This document shows, piece by piece, positions 54,217 to 62,638 of a stretch of 64,000 nucleotides of DNA. The notes below the pieces were generated by a model that saw only the letters and a program-made list of their open reading frames with translations, made no database searches and was not told the origin of the DNA. The stretch spans positions 511 to 64,510 of the forward strand of contig DATJEN010000195.1 in NCBI GenBank assembly GCA_035496575.1. Direction: 5' to 3'. Position 1 is the stretch's first letter; the number at the start of each line of letters is the position of its first letter. A program made the translations under genes and the position numbers. The DNA comes from Pirellulales bacterium (GTDB taxonomy: Bacteria; Planctomycetota; Planctomycetia; Pirellulales; PALSA-1355).

Positions 54217-55662
54217 ATGTTAGGGTATTTCGGCAAGTTCCATTCGCAAACTGCCTGCGATTCGCCACCCACTCGGCGTGCGCTCAAGGCCCTGGCCGTG
54301 GTGATTGTCGCGCTGGGTAGTCTGAGCCTTTTGTGGCTCGCGCCCGCGCGCGCTAAGGACGAACCACCCGAGGGCGAGCCGCCACGCGAGGAGCTGACGA
54401 TTCCTTCCACGGGAGTTGTGCGGCAGGGCCAGGGTCAGCGCGTTTTGGTGAGTGATGGCCAAGGCGAGCAAGTCGTCGCGCTTTTGCACGTGGAGGTCGG
54501 CGACCGCCGGCTGGTCATCATGCCCAGTGGGCGAATGCGCTCGCTTGCGATCTCCGAAACGGCCATCACGAAAAAGCCGTTCCGTTCGGCGACGAAGGAG
54601 GAGGTGCTGGCCGAGCTCAAATCAGGGCGACTGGCCAAGTTTAAATCGCGCTCCACGGCCCGCTATGTCTATCTCTACAACACCAGCGAAGAGTTCTACC
54701 GTGGCACGAGCCGAATTCTGGAAACCATGTATCCGGCGACCGTCGCCTACTTCAAGCGGCAGAAGCTGCCGGTGCACGACCCGGCCGGGCCGCTCATCGT
54801 GCTGATGTTTCGCACCGAGGACGAGTTTCAGCGGTATGAGCCCGTGCCGCAGGGAGTCGCGGCCTATTACAGCGCCGAGACCAACCATGTGGTGATGTAC
54901 GAGCAATCCGATTTGGTCGAAATGGCGCCCGAGCTGGCGGTGAAGCAAGCCATCGGAGTAGTGGCGCACGAAGGCGTTCATCAGGTTCTGAACAACATTG
55001 GCGTGCAGCAGCGCCTGTCGCGCTGGCCCCTGTGGACCGCCGAAGGTCTCGCCGAATACTTCGCGCCCACCAGCGTCGACAAACGCCTGCGCTGGAAAGG
55101 CGTCGGCATGCCCAATGACTTCCGTATCCACGAGCTTGAATCGCTGTTGAAAAAACGCAGCAACATCGATGGCGAGATGGTCTCGCAGACCGTCGCGGCC
55201 TCGGGCTTGTCATCCGCCGGCTATGCGTCCGCCTGGGCGCTGACTCACTATCTTGCTTCGCGCAAAAAGGAAAAGTTTCATGCGTATCTGCGCGAAGTCG
55301 CGAAGCTCGAACCGCTCGAGCCTCGCGACCCGCGCCAGGCCACGGCCCAGCGCAAGCAACTGTTTACCAAATTCTTCGGCTCGGATTATGAGGCCATCGA
55401 GCGGGCCGTGATCGAACACGTGCAAAGTTTGCCGTACACCGACCCCATCGCCAATCAAACGCATTACGTCGTGATGCTCAATACGTCTGCGCTGCGGACG
55501 GCTGGCGTGACCAGCTCGCCGGCGTCCGTCCGCCGCTGGCAAGAAGAAACGCTAACCAAGGTGCCCGCGTCGGTTCGCGCGCAAGCCACCTTCGACGTCA
55601 TGCCGTTCGAGAATCGATCGCTGGCGGAGCAGTATGCTCGCCAGTGGTTGCAATCGCGCTAA
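54217..55662 (+). CDS. DUF1570-family protein with HExxH-like motif (putative secreted metallopeptidase-like)
   Basis: Signal/anchor segment, then VVAHEGVHQVL (HExxH) and WTAEGLAEYF about 25 aa later, as in the planctomycetal DUF1570 / peptidase-MA-like pattern. Confidence 0.65.
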   Translation: MLGYFGKFHSQTACDSPPTRRALKALAVVIVALGSLSLLWLAPARAKDEPPEGEPPREELTIPSTGVVRQGQGQRVLVSDGQGEQVVALLHVEVGDRRLVIMPSGRMRSLAISETAITKKPFRSATKEEVLAELKSGRLAKFKSRSTARYVYLYNTSEEFYRGTSRILETMYPATVAYFKRQKLPVHDPAGPLIVLMFRTEDEFQRYEPVPQGVAAYYSAETNHVVMYEQSDLVEMAPELAVKQAIGVVAHEGVHQVLNNIGVQQRLSRWPLWTAEGLAEYFAPTSVDKRLRWKGVGMPNDFRIHELESLLKKRSNIDGEMVSQTVAASGLSSAGYASAWALTHYLASRKKEKFHAYLREVAKLEPLEPRDPRQATAQRKQLFTKFFGSDYEAIERAVIEHVQSLPYTDPIANQTHYVVMLNTSALRTAGVTSSPASVRRWQEETLTKVPASVRAQATFDVMPFENRSLAEQYARQWLQSR

Positions 55663-55670
55663 AAGCGCGA

Positions 55671-56474
55671 TCAGGCCGCGCGGAAGTCGGACCCGACTGG
55701 ATCGGCTGAGGCTGATTTCGCTGGCCGACGGGGCCTGACGGCGCGCGCGAGCAGCCCGGCCCGGACCAGAAGCTCTTCTTCGAGCCAGTCGAACCAGCTC
55801 GACAGCCGGCCGCCGTACACGCACAGGGGCGCAAAAATGCAGCCGATCGCCGCGCCCCAGAACACGTCGCTTAGAAAATGGGAGTGTTCCAGCACTCGCT
55901 GCGCACCTGCAAGCCCTGCCATGGCCGGAAACAGCCACCGCCCGCGCGGATAGAAACAGGCCAGCACGATTGCCAGGCCGGCCGCGGTGGCCGTGTGCGA
56001 GGAGGGAAAGCTCTGTTCCCAACTGGAATTGGTTAATAGCGGAAACCATTCACCAAAACTCTCCAGCCCATGCCCGCTGAGATCGAAGTGGTGCGGCCGC
56101 ATGCGGGCGACGAATAGCTTGAGCGCGTTGGCAACCAGGCCCGACCCTAGCGAGGCGGCGGCAATGCGCGGAATCGCATAGCGATGCCACGGATCGAGTA
56201 CGGCGATGGCGATCAAAATCAGCACGATCCCCAGCCCATGACTGAAGATCTCGCTCAGGCTGCACAGCTTTACGATGAAGGCCGGCGAGTGGCCGGCCGC
56301 AACCCAACGGGCGAGTGGCACATCCAGCGCGATTGCCGCCACGCCAACTCCCCCGAGCACGGCCGCGCAGCTCCATAGTTGGCAAATCGTGCGCAAGCGG
56401 GGCAGCGGAACGTCCGATTCGGGATAGGCGTTCGCGCGTGCAAACGAAGTTGCCATCGGAGCATCCTTGCTCAT
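55671..56474 (-). CDS. PAP2-superfamily membrane phosphatase
   Basis: Trimmed to the ATG at 56474 (alternative at 56456). The three PAP2 motifs are KLFVARMRP, FPSSH and QRVLEHSHFLSDV. Multiple TM helices. Confidence 0.8.
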   Translation of the reverse strand: MSKDAPMATSFARANAYPESDVPLPRLRTICQLWSCAAVLGGVGVAAIALDVPLARWVAAGHSPAFIVKLCSLSEIFSHGLGIVLILIAIAVLDPWHRYAIPRIAAASLGSGLVANALKLFVARMRPHHFDLSGHGLESFGEWFPLLTNSSWEQSFPSSHTATAAGLAIVLACFYPRGRWLFPAMAGLAGAQRVLEHSHFLSDVFWGAAIGCIFAPLCVYGGRLSSWFDWLEEELLVRAGLLARAVRPRRPAKSASADPVGSDFRAA

Positions 56475-56703
56475 CGCCTGCGGGAACCCGTCGACCGGTA
56501 GCGACGTTGCACGCCACCAGGCGCGGGGTGCGAAGAATAGCAACCGTTGGCAATCGGTACCAACGGCAATTGGTGCGAGAATGCATGTTGCCGCAAGTCG
56601 TTCGAATCTGCTGTTGTGACCGCTCCTCGAGCCTCGTAAACTCCCCCGCCCGACGGTGTTTCCGTATCGTGCGGTTCCCCGGGCGGTAAGCGGAGGAGCA
56701 AGG

Positions 56704-58518
56704 ATGCTCAAGCAAACTCAGTACCCACTGGTGCTAGCAGCCATCTCGGCAACGCTGTTTCTTGCGAACTTGGGCGGCGCGCATCTATGGGATGTGGACG
56801 AGGCTATCTTTTCGCAAGCTGCCAACGAGATGCACGAGCGCGGCGACCTGGTCGTGCCATACTTCAATGGCGAAGTGTTTCCCGATAAACCGCCCGTCAT
56901 GTATTGGTTCATGGCCGCGGGCTACGAGCTGTTCGGCCGGACCGAGCTGGCCGCACGCCTGTTCTCTGCCGTGTTCGGGATTGCAAGCGTGCTCGTCACG
57001 TATCGCTTGGGAACGCTCCTTTTCTCGCCGCTCGCCGGGTTCTGGTCCGGCCTCGCGCTCGCCACCACGCTGAACTTCAACGTGATCGCGCGGGCAGCGA
57101 CCCCAGATGCCTATTTGGTGTTCTTCGTGAGCCTCGCCATCCTGTGCTTTGTGTCGGGCACGGCCAGCGCGCGGGTACGTGCGGGCGAGCTTAACGAGCG
57201 GAATGCCCCCTGGGCCGGCCAATTGCGGTTCGAGCCGTCCTGGCGGTGTTACGCCGCAACCTACGCCGTGATGGGCGCCGCCGTGCTGACCAAGGGACCT
57301 GTGGGAGTGGTGCTCCCGACCGCGATTCTGGGTCTGTTTCTGCTAGTGATGCGCGCGGAGCCGGTTGCACCAATGGCCGGCGTCGGCTGGCGCGCTTGCT
57401 TGCAGCAGGGTCTCAGGTGGATGGCGCGCGTGTTGGCTCCGCGGCACGTGCTAACCACGATCTGGAGCATGCGACCGCTGACCGCGCTGGCCGCGGTGCT
57501 GGCGGTGTGTGGGTGGTGGTACATATGGGTCGGTGTCGAGACAAACGGCGAGTGGTTGGTCGGCTTTTTTGGCGTACACAATTTTGGCCGCTTTCTGAAC
57601 GCGATGGAGAATCATCGCGGGCCGATCGTCTACTACGTGGCCGCGATTGCCATCGGCTTTTTTCCGTGGTCGGTCTTCGCGGTGCCGGTCGTGATGAACA
57701 CGCGGCGACAGGCGAGCTCCGCGCATCCTTTGCGGGCCAGCTATGTGCTCGTCGTTTCGTGGATTGTCGTGTGGGTGGGCTTCTTTTCGTTGGCCGGAAC
57801 GAAGCTGCCGAGCTATGTCGTGCCGGCCTATCCAGCGCTTGCTCTCGCCACCGGCGCGCTCGTCGCGCGCTGGATCGGCGAGCCCGGGTTGATCGCCAGG
57901 CTGTGGACACGGCTGGCGTGGGGGACAGTCGGCGTGGTCGGCGTGGCCATGATGGTGGCGCTGCCGATCGTTGCACATGTTTATCTGGATGGTGGCTGGG
58001 CCCTCGGGTTGATCGGGGCCATCCCGCTGCTGCTCGCCTGCGTCGGATGGTTGGCCAGCGAGCGCGGTCAAGTTGTCGGCTCGAGCACCGCCCTTGCCTG
58101 CCTGGGAGCGATGCTGTGCCTGGCGCTGTTCGCGGGCGGGGCTGCTTACGTGGACCGCTTTCAAGACACGCCGGCGCTGGGCGAACAACTTGCCTATGCA
58201 GTGCCGGGCTCACCGTCGGCTCCGCTGGCGAGCTATCGCTTTTTTCGGCCGAGCCTGGTGTTCTACTCCGGGCGCTATGTCGAGAAGCTCAGCGCGCCCG
58301 AGGACGTCGCGCAGTTTTTCGACTCTCATCCGGGCGAGGCGTTTCTGGTGACCACCGACGCCGAGCTTGCCAAGCTGCGCGGCCAATTGCCCCTCGACGT
58401 TTCCGTGCTCACCAGCCGCAGGCGCTTTCTGCGTTCTGGCGAGCTCGTCCTGTTGGGACGCATCGGGGACTCGGCGATGGCCCGCTCGAATAAGTTCGAG
58501 GGCGAGCGCGTTCACTAA
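56704..58518 (+). CDS. ArnT/PMT-like glycosyltransferase family 39/83 membrane protein
   Basis: Trimmed to the ATG at 56704, with GGAGGAG 6 nt upstream. The first-loop motif is HLWDVDEAIFSQAANEM followed by DKPPVMYW. About 12 TM helices and a soluble C-terminal domain. Confidence 0.8.
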   Translation: MLKQTQYPLVLAAISATLFLANLGGAHLWDVDEAIFSQAANEMHERGDLVVPYFNGEVFPDKPPVMYWFMAAGYELFGRTELAARLFSAVFGIASVLVTYRLGTLLFSPLAGFWSGLALATTLNFNVIARAATPDAYLVFFVSLAILCFVSGTASARVRAGELNERNAPWAGQLRFEPSWRCYAATYAVMGAAVLTKGPVGVVLPTAILGLFLLVMRAEPVAPMAGVGWRACLQQGLRWMARVLAPRHVLTTIWSMRPLTALAAVLAVCGWWYIWVGVETNGEWLVGFFGVHNFGRFLNAMENHRGPIVYYVAAIAIGFFPWSVFAVPVVMNTRRQASSAHPLRASYVLVVSWIVVWVGFFSLAGTKLPSYVVPAYPALALATGALVARWIGEPGLIARLWTRLAWGTVGVVGVAMMVALPIVAHVYLDGGWALGLIGAIPLLLACVGWLASERGQVVGSSTALACLGAMLCLALFAGGAAYVDRFQDTPALGEQLAYAVPGSPSAPLASYRFFRPSLVFYSGRYVEKLSAPEDVAQFFDSHPGEAFLVTTDAELAKLRGQLPLDVSVLTSRRRFLRSGELVLLGRIGDSAMARSNKFEGERVH

Positions 58519-58677
58519 GCTCGCGCGCCGCACGAAATCTATCCCGCAGCAGGCGAATTTCGCTGCACGGGGCGAGACGTTAACCCTCGGGAATGGTTGA
58601 TCTTGCGCTATCTGTGTGATACGCTCACACAGTAGCCTACCGATCGATCTTGCCTGCGGTCCCACGAGCCCTTGCCC

Positions 58678-60054
58678 ATGCTCCACCTCACTGCTCGCGG
58701 TCAAGCGCACACCTGCGACGGCATAAGCCGGCGCGATTTTCTCCAGATTGGGGCACTGGGGGCACTCGGCCTCACGCTGACCGACCTGGTTGCTGCCCAG
58801 GCCGCAGGCGCCGTCGCCAAGGAGCACGATGACCGGAACGTCATCCTCATTTTCAACCTGGGTGCGCCCAGCCAGATCGATACGTTTGACATGAAACCGG
58901 ACGCGCCGGCCGAGATTCGCGGTCCTTTCAAACCCATCTCGACCAATGCGGCCGGCATCCAGATTTCTGAAATCTTTCCGCTGCACGCCAAGCACGCGGA
59001 CAAATTCTCGCTGGTTCGCAGTTGCTACCACACGGCCGCCGCCGTGCACGACACCGGGCATCAGATGATGCAGACCGGTCGGCTGTTCACCGGCGGCATC
59101 AACACGCCGCACGCGGGTTGCGCGCTGAGTTTTTTGCGCGGGCGGCGCAGCGATCTTCCGGCTCACGTGGTCCTGCCTGAGCCGATGGGGCCGACCGGGG
59201 GCAACTTGCCCCACGGACAGGATGCCGGCTTTTTGGGGAAAGCGCATGATCCCTTTGCGCTCATGGCCGATCCCTCGAAGGCGGACTTCAAGGTGCCCGA
59301 TCTGCTGCCTCCGCCCGAAATCGGAGAGGCGCGTCTCGAGCGGCGACGAAAGCTGCGCGCCATCGTGGACGAAACCGTGCACAACTTCGAGGCCAGCGAC
59401 AACGCCAAGTTGCTCGACAGTAACTTTGAAGCGGCCTTCCGCATGATGACCAGCCCTCAAGCCAGGGCGGCGTTCGATTTGTCAAAAGAACCCACAGCCG
59501 TGCGCGAGCGGTATGGCATGAACCGCTTCGGTCAATGCTGCCTGCTGGCTCGGCGTTTGATCGAGGGTGGCGTTCGCTTCGTGACGGTCAACACGTTCCT
59601 GACCGTCTTCAACGAAATCACTTGGGACATTCACGGCTCCAATCCGTTCACGTCCATCGAAGGAATGCGCAATATCGTGGCCCCCATGTACGACCAGGCC
59701 TACACGGCGCTGCTCGAGGATCTCGGTAGCCGCGGGTTGCTGGAAAAGACTCTCGTGTGCAACCTGGCGGAGTTCGGCCGCACCCCGCGCGTCAATCCCG
59801 CCGGTGGCCGCGATCATTGGCCGCAGTGCTGGACGGTGTACTTCGCCGGCGGCGGCGTGCAAGGCGGGCGCGTCATTGGCGCCAGCGATCGCATCGGCGG
59901 TGTGCCGGCCGAGCGGCCTGTCGAACCCGCCGAAATCGTCGCCACGATCTATCACAGCCTCGGCCTCGATCTCGAGTCCAAGCTGCCCGGGCCGCAAGGT
60001 CGTCCCTTCCCATTGGTGGATACAGGCAAACACCCGATACACGAACTGTTTTAG
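58678..60054 (+). CDS. DUF1501-family (sulfatase-fold) protein with Tat signal
   Basis: The track start at 58672 is TTG; the ATG is at 58678. Contains SRRDFLQIGALGALG (Tat signal), NLGAPSQIDTFDMKP and GGRDHWP. Confidence 0.85.
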   Translation: MLHLTARGQAHTCDGISRRDFLQIGALGALGLTLTDLVAAQAAGAVAKEHDDRNVILIFNLGAPSQIDTFDMKPDAPAEIRGPFKPISTNAAGIQISEIFPLHAKHADKFSLVRSCYHTAAAVHDTGHQMMQTGRLFTGGINTPHAGCALSFLRGRRSDLPAHVVLPEPMGPTGGNLPHGQDAGFLGKAHDPFALMADPSKADFKVPDLLPPPEIGEARLERRRKLRAIVDETVHNFEASDNAKLLDSNFEAAFRMMTSPQARAAFDLSKEPTAVRERYGMNRFGQCCLLARRLIEGGVRFVTVNTFLTVFNEITWDIHGSNPFTSIEGMRNIVAPMYDQAYTALLEDLGSRGLLEKTLVCNLAEFGRTPRVNPAGGRDHWPQCWTVYFAGGGVQGGRVIGASDRIGGVPAERPVEPAEIVATIYHSLGLDLESKLPGPQGRPFPLVDTGKHPIHELF

Positions 60055-60176
60055 CCGGGCGGCGACCGGCCCCGATCGAACCCTGGGGCGAGCGTGGGCC
60101 GGGTGGATTCTGGGACTCGCTGCGCAGCCGATACCGAGTGCATGTCCCGCTGGCCACCGGCAGCGCCCTGAAAGAG

Positions 60177-62603
60177 ATGAGCATGAAAGCCACACGTTGC
60201 ATCTCGATCTTTTTGATCGGATTTCTCGCGCAACACGCCGCCGCGCAGGAAGAGCTGCGATTGATGCCAGGCAAGTTCGTGCTCGGCGGTCCGGCAACTT
60301 CGCAGCGGCTGGTGCTCGAGAAATTCCGCGGTGAAACGGCGGTAGCTCAGGTCGAAGATGCGCAGTTTTCGTCCAGCGATCCGGCGGTCGTGAAGATCGA
60401 GGGCAATGCCGCGCTTCCTCTTAAGAACGGCACGTCGGTGATCACGGCAATCACCGGCGATCAGCGCGCGACCGCGGACGTAACTGTCACCGGCATGGAC
60501 CAGCCGCTCACGTGGAGTTTTCGCAATCACGTTGAGTCCGTGCTTTCGAAGTCTGGCTGCAATTCCGGCGCATGTCATGGAGCGCTGGCCGGTAAAAAGG
60601 GTTTCAAGCTCTCGCTGGGCGCCTTCGACCCGGACGCCGATTACGCCTACATCACGCGCCAAGCGCGCGCGCGCCGCATCGTGCTGAGCGATCCGGGTCG
60701 CAGCCTCGTGTTGACGAAGCCCACCGGCGCCATGCCGCACAAAGGTGGCGTGCGATTTGCCGTCGATTCGCCGGAGTACCGCGTGCTGGCCGACTGGATC
60801 GCCGCAGGCGCCCCCGGCCCGCGCGAAAACGATCCGCGCCTGCGCCAGCTTGAAATCCTGCCCGTCGCGTCGATTTTGAAGCCGGGCGCAAAGCAACAGC
60901 TTATCGTGCGCGCTCACTTCTCGGACGATCACATCGAGGACGTGACGCGGTGGGTGAAGTTCACCTCGACGAATGAGTCCGTCGCGCAGGTCAGTGGGGA
61001 TGGTCTTGTGCAAGTCAGCGGACATGGCGAGGCCGCTATCAAAGGTTGGTATTTGAGCTCGAACGTGATCGCGACCGTCACTTCGCCGCACGTGCCGCAG
61101 CTTCCAAAAGAGACATTCGCCAGCGCCGAACGGAAAAACTTCATCGATGAGCTTGTGCTGGCAAAGCTCGAAGCGTTGAATCTGCCACCGTCTCCGCCGG
61201 CCTCCGATGCCGAGTTCTTGCGGCGTGTTTTTCTCGACACGATCGGCGTGCTGCCAAGCGTGGCCGAAGCCCGGGCATTTCTGGCGGACAGCGCGCCACA
61301 TAAGCGCGAGAAGCTGATCGATGAGCTGCTGGGTCGTCCCGAGTTCGTGGACTATTGGGCGTATAAGTGGAGCGATCTGCTGCTGGTCAACAGCGAGAAG
61401 CTAAGGCCGGCCGCCATGTGGTCGTATTACCACTGGATTCGCAACAGCGTGGCTTCGAACAAGCCATGGGATCAATTCGCGCGCGAGATCGTGACCGCCA
61501 CAGGCAGCACTCTGGAAAACGGCGCAGCCAACTTCTATGTGCTTCATCAGGACCCGCCCGAGCTGGCGGAAACGGTCTCGGTAGCGTTCCTGGGCATGTC
61601 GATCAATTGCGCGAAGTGCCACAACCATCCGCTCGAGAAATGGACGAACGACCAATACTACGGCATGGCGAATCTGTTCGCCCGCGTGCGCTCGAAGGAG
61701 GCCGAGGGCGAGGGCAACCGAGTCGTTTTCCCCGTGGCCAATGGTGAATGGATTCAGCCACGGACGGGCAAGGCTCAAAGTCCGCGGCCGCTCGATGGCG
61801 AACCGGTGGCCATGGACTCGGAAGCCGACCGCCGCGTGCACCTGGCAAACTGGCTTACTTCACCAGACAACCCGTACTTCAGCCGCGCCATTACGAATCG
61901 CGTCTGGGCGAATTTCTTTGGCGCCGGGTTGGTGGAGAACGTCGACGACCTGCGGCTTACGAATCCGCCCAGCAATGCCGCTCTGTTTGGTGCGGCGGCC
62001 AAATACCTGGTGGACCATAAATACGATCTCAAAGAGTTGATGCGCGCCATCTTGCGCTCGGCCACCTATGCGCGGTCCAGCCAGCCCTTGCCCGAGAATG
62101 CCTCGGACGCGCGATTCTATGCGCGCTATTATCCCAAGCGACTGATGGCTGAGGTTCTGCTCGATGCGTTATCGCAAGCAACCGCGGCGCCTTCGGCTTT
62201 TGAAGATTATGCGTCCGGGACGCGCGCGATTCAGTTGCCAGATGTGAACGTGAACTCGTACTTCTTGAAAACCTTTGGCCGCCCTTTGCGCGCGATCACG
62301 TGTGAATGCGAGAGAACGGCCGAGCCCAGCATGGTGCAAGTGCTGCATTTGTCCAACGGGGACACGGTCAACCAGAAATTGCAGACGAAGGGGAACCGGC
62401 TCGAGCAGCAAATGGCCGCCAATCAAACGAGCGAGCAAATCGTCGAAGAGATTTACCTGGCGGCTTTATCGCGATTCCCAACGCCTGATGAAAAATCGCG
62501 GATCGTGGCGGCCGTCAACGAGGCGCAAGCCAACCGTCGCGAAGCGCTCGAGGACGTCTATTGGAGCGTCCTCAGCAGCAAAGAATTCCTGTTCAATCAT
62601 TAA
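60177..62603 (+). CDS. DUF1549/DUF1553 (PSD1-type) protein with Ig-like (Big_2) N-terminal domain
   Basis: Track ORF 59757..62603 trimmed to the ATG at 60177, giving the signal peptide MSMKATRCISIFLIGFLAQHAAAQ. Contains CNSGACHG, FIDELVLAKLEALNLPPSP...FLRRVFLDTIGVLPS (DUF1549), CAKCHNHPLEKW, and NRVWANFFGAGLV...DDLR..NPPSN (DUF1553). Confidence 0.85.
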   Translation: MSMKATRCISIFLIGFLAQHAAAQEELRLMPGKFVLGGPATSQRLVLEKFRGETAVAQVEDAQFSSSDPAVVKIEGNAALPLKNGTSVITAITGDQRATADVTVTGMDQPLTWSFRNHVESVLSKSGCNSGACHGALAGKKGFKLSLGAFDPDADYAYITRQARARRIVLSDPGRSLVLTKPTGAMPHKGGVRFAVDSPEYRVLADWIAAGAPGPRENDPRLRQLEILPVASILKPGAKQQLIVRAHFSDDHIEDVTRWVKFTSTNESVAQVSGDGLVQVSGHGEAAIKGWYLSSNVIATVTSPHVPQLPKETFASAERKNFIDELVLAKLEALNLPPSPPASDAEFLRRVFLDTIGVLPSVAEARAFLADSAPHKREKLIDELLGRPEFVDYWAYKWSDLLLVNSEKLRPAAMWSYYHWIRNSVASNKPWDQFAREIVTATGSTLENGAANFYVLHQDPPELAETVSVAFLGMSINCAKCHNHPLEKWTNDQYYGMANLFARVRSKEAEGEGNRVVFPVANGEWIQPRTGKAQSPRPLDGEPVAMDSEADRRVHLANWLTSPDNPYFSRAITNRVWANFFGAGLVENVDDLRLTNPPSNAALFGAAAKYLVDHKYDLKELMRAILRSATYARSSQPLPENASDARFYARYYPKRLMAEVLLDALSQATAAPSAFEDYASGTRAIQLPDVNVNSYFLKTFGRPLRAITCECERTAEPSMVQVLHLSNGDTVNQKLQTKGNRLEQQMAANQTSEQIVEEIYLAALSRFPTPDEKSRIVAAVNEAQANRREALEDVYWSVLSSKEFLFNH

Positions 62604-62638
62604 AGTCGTTTGCGTAGACGAGGGGACAAATCAGATTC

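Noticed and set aside
58210-59460. 416-aa ORF on the minus strand
   Set aside because: It is antisense to the ArnT-like and DUF1501 genes and has an Arg/Gly/Ala-rich shadow-frame composition.
60051-61301. 416-aa ORF on the minus strand. The same reasoning applies to 48565..49698 (+), 51686..52750 (+), 57246..58493 (+), 57413..58213 (-), 21579..22574 (-) and 41748..42608 (+).
   Set aside because: All lie opposite strongly supported genes (DUF1549/1553, SpoVR, PrkA, ArnT-like, the Gfo-like protein and FabF). All show the Arg/Gly/Ala/His bias of non-coding frames in GC-rich DNA.
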